Source of the DNA: a virus
Lineage: Duplodnaviria > Heunggongvirae > Uroviricota > Caudoviricetes
IMG/VR virus record: IMGVR_UViG_2737471839_000019
Location: 1 to 11,649 of that record
DNA: 11,649 nucleotides
Direction: 5' to 3' (one strand)
This document shows positions 1 through 8,276 of the stretch, one piece after another. The notes under the pieces were generated by a model. The model was not told the origin of the DNA, searched no databases, and saw only the letters and a list, made by a program, of their open reading frames with translations. The translations under genes were made by a program, and so were the position numbers. Positions within the stretch are counted from its first letter, which is position 1, and the number at the start of each line of letters is the position of its first letter.

Positions 1-477
1 ATGAAACTCATCAGTAACGATCTGCGCGATGGCGATAAATTGCCGCATCGTCATGTCTTTAACGGCATGGGTTACGATGGCGATAATATTTCACCGCATC
101 TGGCGTGGGATGATGTTCCTGCGGGAACGAAAAGTTTTGTTGTCACCTGCTACGACCCGGATGCGCCAACCGGCTCCGGCTGGTGGCACTGGGTAGTTGT
201 TAACTTACCCGCTGATACCCGCGTATTACCGCAAGGGTTTGGCTCTGGTCTGGTAGCAATGCCAGACGGCGTTTTGCAGACGCGTACCGACTTTGGTAAA
301 ACCGGGTACGATGGCGCAGCACCGCCGAAAGGCGAAACTCATCGCTACATTTTTACCGTTCACGCGCTGGATATAGAACGTATTGATGTCGATGAAGGTG
401 CCAGCGGCGCGATGGTCGGGTTTAACGTTCATTTCCACTCTCTGGCAAGCGCCTCGATTACTGCGATGTTTAGTTAA
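1..477 (+). CDS. ybhB: PEBP/UPF0098-family protein YbhB (host chromosomal gene flanking the lambda attachment site)
   Basis: Complete 158-aa ORF from ATG at 1 to TAA at 475-477. The sequence (MKLISNDLRDGDKLPHRHVF...YDPDAPTGSGWWHWVV...) is recognised from memory as E. coli YbhB, and the PEBP-like motif DPDAP...GxxHY is present. GC content is host-like. Confidence 0.9.
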   Translation: MKLISNDLRDGDKLPHRHVFNGMGYDGDNISPHLAWDDVPAGTKSFVVTCYDPDAPTGSGWWHWVVVNLPADTRVLPQGFGSGLVAMPDGVLQTRTDFGKTGYDGAAPPKGETHRYIFTVHALDIERIDVDEGASGAMVGFNVHFHSLASASITAMFS

Positions 478-485
478 TCACTCTG

Positions 486-508
486 CCAGATGGCGCAATG
501 CCATCTGG
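486..508 (+). terminator. GC-rich hairpin just downstream of the ybhB stop, possible ybhB terminator
   Basis: Perfect 9-bp inverted repeat CCAGATGGC (486-494) / GCCATCTGG (500-508) with a 5-nt loop GCAAT, starting 9 nt after the ybhB stop. The trailing sequence is only moderately T-rich (TATCACTT, then T-runs at 535-548), so intrinsic-terminator status is uncertain. Confidence 0.4.
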
Positions 509-540
509 TATCACTTAAAGGTATTAAAAACAACTTTTTG

Positions 541-735
541 TCTTTTTACCTTCCCGTTTCGCTCAAGTTAGTATAAAAAAGCTGAACGATAAACATAAAA
601 AACTGTAAATATCAATATGTTATGAAAGATTTAGTCTAAATAATAGACTGCATAATACTACAAAACACAACATATCCAGTCACTATGAATCAACTACTTA
701 GATGGTATTAGTGACCTGTAACAGAGCATTAGCGC
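541..735. other. Prophage-host junction attR (lambda-type: B' arm, 15-bp core, P arm with arm-type Int sites)
   Basis: The 15-bp core TTAGTATAAAAAAGC (568-582) is the reverse complement of the lambda common core GCTTTTTTATACTAA. The ybhB-side flank (557-567, ttcgctcaag) matches the attB B' arm (reverse complement CTTGAGCGAA). The phage-side flank GCTGAACGA...(583 onward) matches the lambda attP P arm as recalled. Arm-type Int sites are present: CAGTCACTATG (679-689) and TTAGTGACCTG (707-717). The central P-arm segment (about 590-660) diverges from lambda. Confidence 0.8.
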
Positions 736-770
736 AAGGTGATTTTTTGTCCTCTTGCGCTAATTTTTTG
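728..770 (+). terminator. sib/tI-like hairpin with T-run (lambda int retroregulator/terminator homologue) on the phage side of attR
   Basis: 11-bp perfect inverted repeat ATTAGCGCAAG (728-738) / CTTGCGCTAAT (754-764) with a 15-nt loop, followed by TTTTTTG (765-770). It lies about 150-190 bp from the core on the P-arm side, where lambda sib/tI lies, and the flanking sequence GCATTAGCGCAAGG matches the reverse complement of recalled lambda sequence left of attP. The T-run is on the + strand, the direction of lambda int read-through. Confidence 0.55.
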
Positions 771-903
771 TCACCGCACTGGGTTAGTTGAATTTACAAC
801 CATGCTCAGTATCTCGATAAACGCAGAGAAATGATGCAGTGGTGGGCGGACTGGCTTGATGAGAAGTTTAAAGTTAGCTCATGAAAAATGACATACCAGT
901 TTA

Positions 904-929
904 TGGTATAAGTAGATCACGTGTATACT
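904..929 (+). promoter_or_regulatory. Candidate sigma70 promoter for the acyltransferase moron (extended -10 TGGTATAAG at 904-912, or -10 TATACT at 924-929)
   Basis: AT-rich 200-bp non-coding stretch upstream of the 975 start. TGnTATAAG resembles an extended -10, and TATACT sits about 45 nt upstream of the ATG. The -35 elements are weak. Sequence inspection only. Confidence 0.2.
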
Positions 930-974
930 GTCAAGGTTCTCATTAACAATCACACAAAATAATCGGAAAATACA

Positions 975-2096
975 ATGAAACACGTTACTTCTCTTGATGG
1001 AGCTAGAGGAATTGCCGTCATAATGGTCATGTTATTTCATTCTAATATACCTTGGGCATCTTTGGGGTGGGCTGGTGTTCCATTATTCTTTTGCCTTTCG
1101 GGGTTCCTGATCACATCAATTCTTGAGGAAGACAGGAAGTATAGATTTGCCGGGTATATTAAAAAGTTTCTAATAAATAGATCGTTGAGAATATTTCCTC
1201 TATTCTATCTATACCTTGCGGTTAATTTTGTAATAGTTAAATCAATGGGAGGAGGTACGGAAGGTTATTCTTGGTTTGTCACCTACTTACAAAACTATTA
1301 CATTGGTAATAACATAACAACACCAGGAATACTTGGACACACATGGTCTCTAGCTATAGAAGAACAATTCTATTGGATTTGGCCTATTGTAATATTTTTT
1401 ATTCGCCCACCAAAGGAAGTATGTTTTTTTGTATTTCTTGTGATAATCTCACTAGCTTCTAGATATTTTATATTCAATATTTCTGGAGGTAATCCGTATA
1501 TAACTAACGTAACTCTTATCAGTTGTGTTGATATGCTTGTCCTAGGCGCTATCTTTGCTCATATAAAGGATAGCAATAAAGCACCACAAATAGCCATGTT
1601 GACATTTATAGTTGGTTCTATTGTTACTGCATATGGCGTTATAAATATTGGGATTAATAATTTTTGGCATCCAGAGCAGTGGGTTGGCAAGGGATTATAC
1701 CTATTTACATCATTAGGGATGACATTCTCATCAATTATTTGGTTCTTATATTATTCATCAGGGAAAATGACAGGCCAGCAACAGACAGCAACAGCCAGCA
1801 ACATTTTACAACTATTTATAACGACTTGTAACAAGATATTTAACTTAAAATTCCTTAGATTTACAGGAAATATAAGTTACGGCCTTTACATGTGGCACTT
1901 GCTATGTTTTTCAATAGTAAGAAAAATGTTTTCATTTGTAGGAATCACAACTGATGGATTCACTTACATAGCTGCTTCATTTATTGTATCATATGCAGTT
2001 TCAATAGCATCATTTTACTTATTTGAGAGTTTTTTCCTTCGTTTTAAAGTAAAATCTTGCAGAGAAGGCCTTATTTTAAGAAATTCAGTAAAATAA
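975..2096 (+). CDS. Acyltransferase-3 family integral membrane O-acyltransferase (Oac/OafA-like; putative O-antigen acetylase for lysogenic conversion)
   Basis: 373-aa ORF that is very hydrophobic with multiple predicted transmembrane segments. The N-terminal motif LDGARGIAVIMVMLFHS is typical of the acyltransferase-3 family (conserved R-G and H in TM1). The gene is strongly AT-rich compared with flanking phage genes. It lies between the tailspike gene and att, where Sf6 oac and P22 gtrABC lie, and is convergent with the tailspike. A putative RBS GGAAAA precedes the ATG. Confidence 0.8.
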   Translation: MKHVTSLDGARGIAVIMVMLFHSNIPWASLGWAGVPLFFCLSGFLITSILEEDRKYRFAGYIKKFLINRSLRIFPLFYLYLAVNFVIVKSMGGGTEGYSWFVTYLQNYYIGNNITTPGILGHTWSLAIEEQFYWIWPIVIFFIRPPKEVCFFVFLVIISLASRYFIFNISGGNPYITNVTLISCVDMLVLGAIFAHIKDSNKAPQIAMLTFIVGSIVTAYGVINIGINNFWHPEQWVGKGLYLFTSLGMTFSSIIWFLYYSSGKMTGQQQTATASNILQLFITTCNKIFNLKFLRFTGNISYGLYMWHLLCFSIVRKMFSFVGITTDGFTYIAASFIVSYAVSIASFYLFESFFLRFKVKSCREGLILRNSVK

Positions 2097-2104
2097 ATTA
2101 TATG

Positions 2105-2137
2105 TTCGGCATCGGTATTTTATACACTGATGCCGAA
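2105..2137. terminator. Hairpin between the convergent acyltransferase and tailspike genes (candidate bidirectional terminator)
   Basis: Inverted repeat TTCGGCATC (2105-2113) / GATGCCGAA (2129-2137) with an inner GTAT/ATAC pairing, in the 48-bp gap between the two stop codons (2096 and 2145). Flanks are A/T-rich on both sides. Confidence 0.45.
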
Positions 2138-2144
2138 ATATCAT

Positions 2145-4055
2145 TTATTCTATAGACATTCTGCTATTTGCAAAATCATAAGCATCTTGTGATTTAATGA
2201 ATTGACAAACAAAATAGTCATTTAACCTAACTACACATCCAGATGTTGTTTTCAATGTTAACTTTACTGCGCCTGATTTTACTGCTCTCCCTACTCCAAA
2301 TGTGTGTACCCATTCACCTGTAGAGGTGTATATGTTGCCAAGCTGATCTGTATCACCTGAGAACGATCCTGTAACATCACCTGATACAAGTTTAATGCTA
2401 CATCCCCAAACAACATGGTAAAACTTAGCTATGTTAGCTGGTGAAATATTCAATGATATCGTGTAACCGGCTGGAATGTTTACCTGTGCACATTTATCAG
2501 ATAACGATCCGTCAGACACGCTTGAGCCATCAACGGTGCCAGTTCCTAAAAACTGCCATGGACCATCACCTGTAAATGACTCTGAATTAAGAATTTCGCC
2601 AGTTGGCAACCTTTTAACCCTTCCTTTTATTGAAGTGCCTCTTAAAGATATATCTACGTTCTGCAATGCTCCAAAGTGTTGTATTGCTATCGACTCAACG
2701 TGAATGCTAGGACCAATGTAACCATCACAGACAACATCCCTTGCAATAATCTTGCTTGTATCATCAATCTGAATATCGTAAATACCAGTAGCGCTATCAA
2801 ATCTGCACCCTCTGGCTATTAAAGTAGAATTTATTAGTTCAATGTTATTAAAATAGCACTGCTCAGCCACCACAGAAGGCATATCAACAAGTTTAAGTTG
2901 CCTTGGCTTCTGTACCACGCCATCAATATCAACAGTTTCGTCTTTAGCTACCAGTTCAAACCAAACGTTTGAAATTACCGGTGGAACAACAGGAGCAAGG
3001 TCATTACCATTCAAATATATACCGCCACCTTCGCATTGTTCCATGATGCAGTCCTGGATTTTTATTGCATCAATTCCACCTCCTGGTGCTGGTCCTCCAA
3101 TCTTTCCATTTATATAAATGCAATATTTTTTTATTCCAGCAAAGTGGCAATTTTGCCATGAATCTGAACCTGCGTGCATATTATTTTCAGATTGCGCCTT
3201 GTGTCCGTAATTGCATTCAAGATAGCTACAATGCTTATATGTATTACCAATGTTTCCTTTTGGCTTGTAAACTCCAATATCAAGACCGTCAAAAGCAATA
3301 TCCCTAAAGTTCCATCGGCCATCAAGATTAGACGATCCAAAAGCTATGCCAATTCCTTGTGGTGTGGAAATATTTCCCTCAATAAGGAAGTTCTGCGCGT
3401 GGCGATATTGCCATAATCGCGATGATTCAGATAGTGTAATGCTTGTCTTGCCAATGTCTGGCTTAAAGATAACATTATATCCGGTACCAATGAGATTGGC
3501 GTTTCCGGAAGTGTATTCTCCAGTATATGTACCAGGAGTAATTAACAGATCGTCGCGATATCTTGTGATATCAATAGCCTCTTGTAGGTCTACGTAATTA
3601 CCGGAGTGCTTGATATCATCCAGGTTGTTATAAACAGTTCGCACACCAATGCCAACTTTCTTTGCCCCTTCGATTCCTGCGAGATCTGCTTTAAACTGTT
3701 CAAACTCTGGCCTTAGTTGGTCAGGGTCATACTTAAGCACATTAGGGAAATAGAACTGCTGAGCACCGTACGCATCATAAACAGCCATAGAATGGCCTTG
3801 CACAGTTACGAACTTGGCAATCTGTCCGTTATATACCGGGTAACCAGCAGCGTTAATGATGATTGGTTGCGAAACAGGAACGTGAGAGCCGTCTTCATTC
3901 TCTACACAAACCTGAATCTGGTTTTCAGGATTTACCGGGTCCGTGTCAATTTTACCGATATAAATTTTGCCATTGGCTACGGCTTTAAAAGAACGAGCCA
4001 TAGTGAAGAGTTGCGAAGGCATGCTTACTACAACATTGGCTGTAATGTCTGTCAT
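2145..4055 (-). CDS. Tailspike protein: P22 gp9-type N-terminal head-binding domain fused to a divergent receptor-binding domain
   Basis: 636-aa ORF. The first ~115 residues ([46 protein letters not shown]...[15 protein letters not shown]...NVLKYDPDQ) closely match the P22/Sf6 tailspike head-binding domain as recalled. The remainder has a beta-helix-like composition with no similarity to P22 that I can recall. A GGAG Shine-Dalgarno lies 8 nt upstream of the ATG. It is the last gene of the late operon, as in P22-like phages. Confidence 0.9.
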   Translation of the reverse strand: MTDITANVVVSMPSQLFTMARSFKAVANGKIYIGKIDTDPVNPENQIQVCVENEDGSHVPVSQPIIINAAGYPVYNGQIAKFVTVQGHSMAVYDAYGAQQFYFPNVLKYDPDQLRPEFEQFKADLAGIEGAKKVGIGVRTVYNNLDDIKHSGNYVDLQEAIDITRYRDDLLITPGTYTGEYTSGNANLIGTGYNVIFKPDIGKTSITLSESSRLWQYRHAQNFLIEGNISTPQGIGIAFGSSNLDGRWNFRDIAFDGLDIGVYKPKGNIGNTYKHCSYLECNYGHKAQSENNMHAGSDSWQNCHFAGIKKYCIYINGKIGGPAPGGGIDAIKIQDCIMEQCEGGGIYLNGNDLAPVVPPVISNVWFELVAKDETVDIDGVVQKPRQLKLVDMPSVVAEQCYFNNIELINSTLIARGCRFDSATGIYDIQIDDTSKIIARDVVCDGYIGPSIHVESIAIQHFGALQNVDISLRGTSIKGRVKRLPTGEILNSESFTGDGPWQFLGTGTVDGSSVSDGSLSDKCAQVNIPAGYTISLNISPANIAKFYHVVWGCSIKLVSGDVTGSFSGDTDQLGNIYTSTGEWVHTFGVGRAVKSGAVKLTLKTTSGCVVRLNDYFVCQFIKSQDAYDFANSRMSIE

Positions 4056-4219
4056 TTAATTTGCTCCGGACGTAGCAATGCCGGACAAGATGCAACTTGC
4101 CAAGCATTGCACTAATGTCAGTTATGGTTTGTTAATTATGAGATGAGTCTATGCAAAGAGATCTGTTGAATATTGCGTTCTACATATTTGGTTTTTGCAC
4201 GTTCCTGGTGTTTGCGAAG

Positions 4220-6217
4220 CTATTCTGACAACGCATCAGACTTGGCACCCTGCGTCATAGCGTTAATAGCCTTTTGTGCCTGCTGCATGGCTTTCTCAAA
4301 AGATGTTGATCCGCGTGGGGTGTTTGCCATTCTGAGCATTGCATTTCTGAATGGTTCGCTCTCATAGGCGCGAGTAAGAAGTCCGTAGCTTACCGCTGCG
4401 CCAGTTGTCGCCGGGTTCATTGCCGTCCCATACCCGATAATGAACGGGATGGTTTGCTGCCCTGTTGGTGTTGTTACTGCCGCTTTTGCAGCCTGCTGCG
4501 TGGATTGCAGGTAGTTTTTCAATCCTTTCAGATAAGCGGCTTCCTGACCTTTAAATGTGATGCCAGTCTGGTTTTGCAGGATGTTAAGCTGCCGAAGGAA
4601 CTGGTCAGGGGAACCACCTGATTTCTCCATCGCCTTTCCAATGATGCCATTGCGCATTTGCGCCCTGCCAACACGACCAACTGAGTTATACAGAGTCTTA
4701 ATTTCCGATTTGTTCTTGCTGAATAGCATGTTGTTGACAACTTCCGGTGTCAGATCGCCTTTCATGAGAACATTCTTCAGCCTGGTATTCTTTAGTTTCG
4801 CTGCTTCGTCAGCATAGACGGCATTGGCCTGCTGATATTTACGGAGAGTATCGTTGCCAAGATTCTGACCAATGGCACCATTGATATCGTCGGTCATTGC
4901 CTTGTAAACGCGCTGAATGGCAGCATCGGAACGGTTTGGTAACACTGGTCGTTCCCCCTTCACGTCCATTCTGAACTGGCTGCGCAGATCGCTTAATTGC
5001 TTCAAATCCAGATTTACCGGACCATCAGGACCAGCATTGCGAATAAGCTCATCACGATAGGATTGAAGTTTTGAAATCGTCTCGTTATCAGCGACCTTAC
5101 CAAGCTTCTGCAGGTTAGATATCTCAGTATCAATCTGCTGAATTGCTCGCACAGGCTGAATATTTACTCCAGCCATGGCATTCTGAACCTGCTCCAGTCG
5201 ATTACCGGCGGCACGCCGAATTCCTGATGTTTTCGCTTTAAGGCTGTCAATAACAACTGCCGGATCGTACTCGCCGAATTTATCAGCAAATCTCTGCACC
5301 AACTGACTTCTCGCTTCCTGTTGCGTTGCTCTCATTCCGCTTGTGCCAGCCAGGGGGATATTTTCTGCTGTAGTCTGCGCCATTTTCCCGACGCGGGAAG
5401 TAGGCTGTAACAGGTCTGTGGTGTGCAGAGGAACTCCTTCACGCTCTGCAAATCTGATAGCCTGCTGCGCTTCTGGCGCAATAGCACCACGAACGCCACG
5501 ATAAGCAGCACCTAATCCACGTCCGGCAGCGTTAATAGCACCGCCAGCCAACACACCAACGCCTAAATCGGTGGCGAGTGCTTCCGCATCATCTTTCGCA
5601 CTATTTGCAGCAAGTGATCCAACTGCGTTTTCTGCGAGAAGTCGTGTTGCCCCATGAGCAATTCGACCAGCAAGTGTTGGTGCCTGTGTTGCCGCTCTCT
5701 CAACGCCAGCAGGAGTGAGGTAAGGCAATGCTTCAGCAAATACCCTTCCCTCTGTCGTTTGTGGAGTCAGCGCGCCTTGCTGAAGGCCAAAGTCCTGCTC
5801 TAATCCCTGCGTTGTTACTCGTGGCGCTGGTTGATATGTACCATCACCAATACCGAGTTTACCGCCAGCCCATGCCGCCGCGCTTGTTACAGCATCGGCA
5901 ACTGATGCAGGTATGTTTGCCACGTTCACGCCAGCCTGTACCAGTCCGCGACCAGTCTCTTTTACTGCTTCGCCAAGATCAGACATAAATCCACTTTGCT
6001 GTGGTTGTTGCTGTGCTACTGGTTGCTGTGTATCAACTGGCTGCGCAGATGGCAATGGATAGGCAGCATAGAAAGCTTGCTTAGCCTGCTCTGCATTTTC
6101 TCCGGCTTGCGGGGCCACGACTTCATTGAAGTATTGCTCCTGAGCCTGCGCTTTTTGTTCTGGTGCTAACGCCTGATACTGTGGAGAGGCGATAACATCT
6201 TTCCATGCTTTAGCCAT
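4220..6217 (-). CDS. Ejection (internal virion/DNA-injection) protein, P22 gp16-like
   Basis: 665-aa ORF in the position of gene 16 (last ejection-protein gene before the tailspike). Q/A/P-rich N-terminal region and Gly/Ala-rich central region. Its start overlaps the upstream gene's stop (TAATG). Assignment is by synteny and size; homology not verified. Confidence 0.7.
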   Translation of the reverse strand: MAKAWKDVIASPQYQALAPEQKAQAQEQYFNEVVAPQAGENAEQAKQAFYAAYPLPSAQPVDTQQPVAQQQPQQSGFMSDLGEAVKETGRGLVQAGVNVANIPASVADAVTSAAAWAGGKLGIGDGTYQPAPRVTTQGLEQDFGLQQGALTPQTTEGRVFAEALPYLTPAGVERAATQAPTLAGRIAHGATRLLAENAVGSLAANSAKDDAEALATDLGVGVLAGGAINAAGRGLGAAYRGVRGAIAPEAQQAIRFAEREGVPLHTTDLLQPTSRVGKMAQTTAENIPLAGTSGMRATQQEARSQLVQRFADKFGEYDPAVVIDSLKAKTSGIRRAAGNRLEQVQNAMAGVNIQPVRAIQQIDTEISNLQKLGKVADNETISKLQSYRDELIRNAGPDGPVNLDLKQLSDLRSQFRMDVKGERPVLPNRSDAAIQRVYKAMTDDINGAIGQNLGNDTLRKYQQANAVYADEAAKLKNTRLKNVLMKGDLTPEVVNNMLFSKNKSEIKTLYNSVGRVGRAQMRNGIIGKAMEKSGGSPDQFLRQLNILQNQTGITFKGQEAAYLKGLKNYLQSTQQAAKAAVTTPTGQQTIPFIIGYGTAMNPATTGAAVSYGLLTRAYESEPFRNAMLRMANTPRGSTSFEKAMQQAQKAINAMTQGAKSDALSE

Positions 6218-7572
6218 TAATCACCCCATAGTGAAGAAAAATTACTGCTGGCTGCTGGCTGTGATACCTGTGTAGGTTGAGATTGCTGCCGCTGAGATTT
6301 ACCAACATTAACGTTATATTGCTGGTTGTAATTGTCGGTATATTGCTGAATGTCGCGCATTGATTGTTGCAGTGCTTCAGGGCTTGAGAAATCAACCTGT
6401 GGCATACCTTGAAAATACATCTTTGCTTCTGCAACGGTGTTGATACCGGATGCCCCCATGTCTCTGGCTGCTGCAATGCCCTGATTCTGCATCTTTCCTT
6501 GGATTCGCTGTGCAGCGTTGTATAGTTTCCTCTGATCACCACCAGATGCACGGCTACGAATATCTGCACCAAGAGCAGGAGAACCTGAAGAGCCTGTAAT
6601 GCCAGTCATGAAGCCAAGATCGTCAATTGATGCACCAGAAATTGCATCAAGATCTTTCTTCATTGCGTAATTCTGCGCGCTTGCTGCCGATGTAGCCGGA
6701 GCGGCAATAGAGCCAGCAGGGACGCGAACCATATTCCCCTCGTTGTCGATACCTTCGTAGAACGCATTAGCCCCAGCGCCGTGAAGCTTCCCGCCTACCG
6801 TTACAGTTCTGCCATCTGCTAACTGAACTGTACGCTCATTATTCCCAACCGACCCTTTCATTGATGCTCTCTGCATCGATAAATCCTGACCGCGCATCGT
6901 GATATTCTGACCACGCGCTGTTAGCGCCTCGCCAGCCTGATTGCTGCGGATTGTCTCTGCCAGTCTGCCTCGGTCAATCTCACGACCAGCCATCTTGTCC
7001 TGAACATTGAAGTAATCAATCGGACCAAGAGCAGCCATTCCAAGGTGATCAACAAACTCACCAAATCCTGAAGGATTCTGCTGATACATCTGAGCAACGT
7101 TATTAGGGTCAACACCGACGCGAGTCAGTTCCTTGGCGTTGTTTTGCAGCCATGATTGCATTGCTTCTGGAGACGATGACGCAAGGCGTGCGCCAGCCGC
7201 TAAGGTGCCGATAGAATTACGCTGGTCTTCATCAATGAATCCCATGCCTTTACGAACGGATTCAATCTGGTCTGGATATTGAGTAGCCAACTGACGCAAA
7301 GCACCGCGATCACCAGACGCATAAGCATTAGCGTACGCCTGCTGAAATTCTTTCTGCCGCTGAGCCTGCTTTTCCTGCTTAAACACCCCTGCAATACCTG
7401 AAAGGCCTTGCAAAGCAGTCAGCCCAACATTGTTAGCGCCTGAACGCTCAATATCATTGTTCTGCCTGATAAGCTGAAGCGTATTGCCGATGTCATTTAC
7501 GCTCGGAGCGTTTGAGTTGACGCCGCCGATACCAGCCAACAATCCGCCGTTTGTTCCTTGCCAAGTAGCCAT
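6217..7572 (-). CDS. Ejection protein, P22 gp20-like
   Basis: 451-aa ORF (P22 gp20 is about 471 aa) between the gp7-like and gp16-like genes. A strong GGGG RBS lies 7 nt upstream of the ATG. Assignment is by synteny and size. Confidence 0.7.
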   Translation of the reverse strand: MATWQGTNGGLLAGIGGVNSNAPSVNDIGNTLQLIRQNNDIERSGANNVGLTALQGLSGIAGVFKQEKQAQRQKEFQQAYANAYASGDRGALRQLATQYPDQIESVRKGMGFIDEDQRNSIGTLAAGARLASSSPEAMQSWLQNNAKELTRVGVDPNNVAQMYQQNPSGFGEFVDHLGMAALGPIDYFNVQDKMAGREIDRGRLAETIRSNQAGEALTARGQNITMRGQDLSMQRASMKGSVGNNERTVQLADGRTVTVGGKLHGAGANAFYEGIDNEGNMVRVPAGSIAAPATSAASAQNYAMKKDLDAISGASIDDLGFMTGITGSSGSPALGADIRSRASGGDQRKLYNAAQRIQGKMQNQGIAAARDMGASGINTVAEAKMYFQGMPQVDFSSPEALQQSMRDIQQYTDNYNQQYNVNVGKSQRQQSQPTQVSQPAASSNFSSLWGD

Positions 7573-7581
7573 GATTACCCC

Positions 7582-8274
7582 TTAAAACAACGAGCCAAGC
7601 AATCCGATACCAGCACCAATGCCAGCGCCCCAAGGCGTTGATGTTCCCAAAAGGCTGGCAAGACCTGCACCGGCAATCGCACCAGACGTGCCACCGCTAA
7701 TTGCAGTCTGAAGACTTGATGGTTTATTGGCATTAGCAGCGGCAAGTGCTGCGCTTTGCTGTGCAATGCTGCTCATGTTGTTGGCGTACGTCTGCCCGGC
7801 GTTTGCCTGACCTTGCAGCGCACCAAGCCCAACGTTTGCCAGATTGTTGTAATTGCTCATCTGGTTTGATAACCAAGACTGACCGAGTGTCGGCGCGATC
7901 GTAGCCAGTTGATTGCTTGTGGCTGTCGAACCAAGTCCACCCGTCGCCTCCGCAGCAGCAAGACTCTGGTAACGCGCCTGACCTGCAAGGTCTTTATACT
8001 GCTGAGAGTTGTAATACTGATTAAGTGCCTGCCCCTGACCTTCTAAACTGGAAAGATTCTGCAACTGGTTAACATACTGCTCCGCAAGAGGCGTGAACGG
8101 AGCAAGGTTTTTCATGATCGTCTGCCACTGCTGATTTTGCAGGTCTGCTGCATACTTCTGAGCTTCTGCGGCATACTTTGCGCTTTTATCAGAACTTCCA
8201 CCTTTCCCACCCTTTTCAGGGCAATAAGGTTCCTCGCCGCGCAGTTTTCTGCCCAGCTTAAATGCATATAACAT
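7582..8274 (-). CDS. Ejection protein, P22 gp7-like
   Basis: 230-aa ORF (P22 gp7 is about 229 aa). The N-terminus MLYAFKLGRKLRGEEP resembles the gp7 N-terminus as recalled, and the C-terminus is Gly/Ala-rich and hydrophobic. Gene order is correct. Confidence 0.75.
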   Translation of the reverse strand: MLYAFKLGRKLRGEEPYCPEKGGKGGSSDKSAKYAAEAQKYAADLQNQQWQTIMKNLAPFTPLAEQYVNQLQNLSSLEGQGQALNQYYNSQQYKDLAGQARYQSLAAAEATGGLGSTATSNQLATIAPTLGQSWLSNQMSNYNNLANVGLGALQGQANAGQTYANNMSSIAQQSAALAAANANKPSSLQTAISGGTSGAIAGAGLASLLGTSTPWGAGIGAGIGLLGSLF

Positions 8275-8276
8275 GG

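Noticed and set aside
1-3. Window boundaries fall exactly on start codons (ybhB ATG at 1; small ORF ATG at 11647-11649)
   Set aside because: Most likely a result of how the window was cut, not a biological signal.
226-438. 70-aa antisense ORF inside ybhB
   Set aside because: Shadow ORF on the opposite strand of a well-supported conserved gene.
383-571. 62-aa + strand ORF spanning the ybhB 3' end and running into the att core
   Set aside because: It overlaps the ybhB reading frame out of frame and runs through the ybhB terminator hairpin and the att core. It has no RBS and is an ORF-finder artefact.
802-884. Very short ORFs (10 and 17 aa; MMQWWADWLDEKFKVSS) between the sib-like hairpin and the moron
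   Set aside because: Too short, no convincing RBS, and no in-frame extension upstream (stop at 789-791). More likely promoter/leader DNA or a gene remnant.
2476-4115. Several + strand ORFs (75-132 aa: 2476-2703, 3065-3307, 3174-3416, 3346-3597, 3717-4115) inside the tailspike gene
   Set aside because: All are antisense to the 636-aa tailspike ORF, which has a strong RBS and a recognisable conserved N-terminal domain. They are overlapping shadow ORFs.
4173-4367. 64-aa + strand ORF spanning the gp16-to-tailspike spacer into the gp16 3' end
   Set aside because: Antisense to the gp16-like gene for most of its length, with no RBS. Not the immI/sieA remnant I looked for.
6210-6572. 120-aa minus-strand ORF in an alternative frame within the gp20-like gene
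   Set aside because: Fully contained within the 451-aa gp20-like ORF in another frame. It has no independent support.
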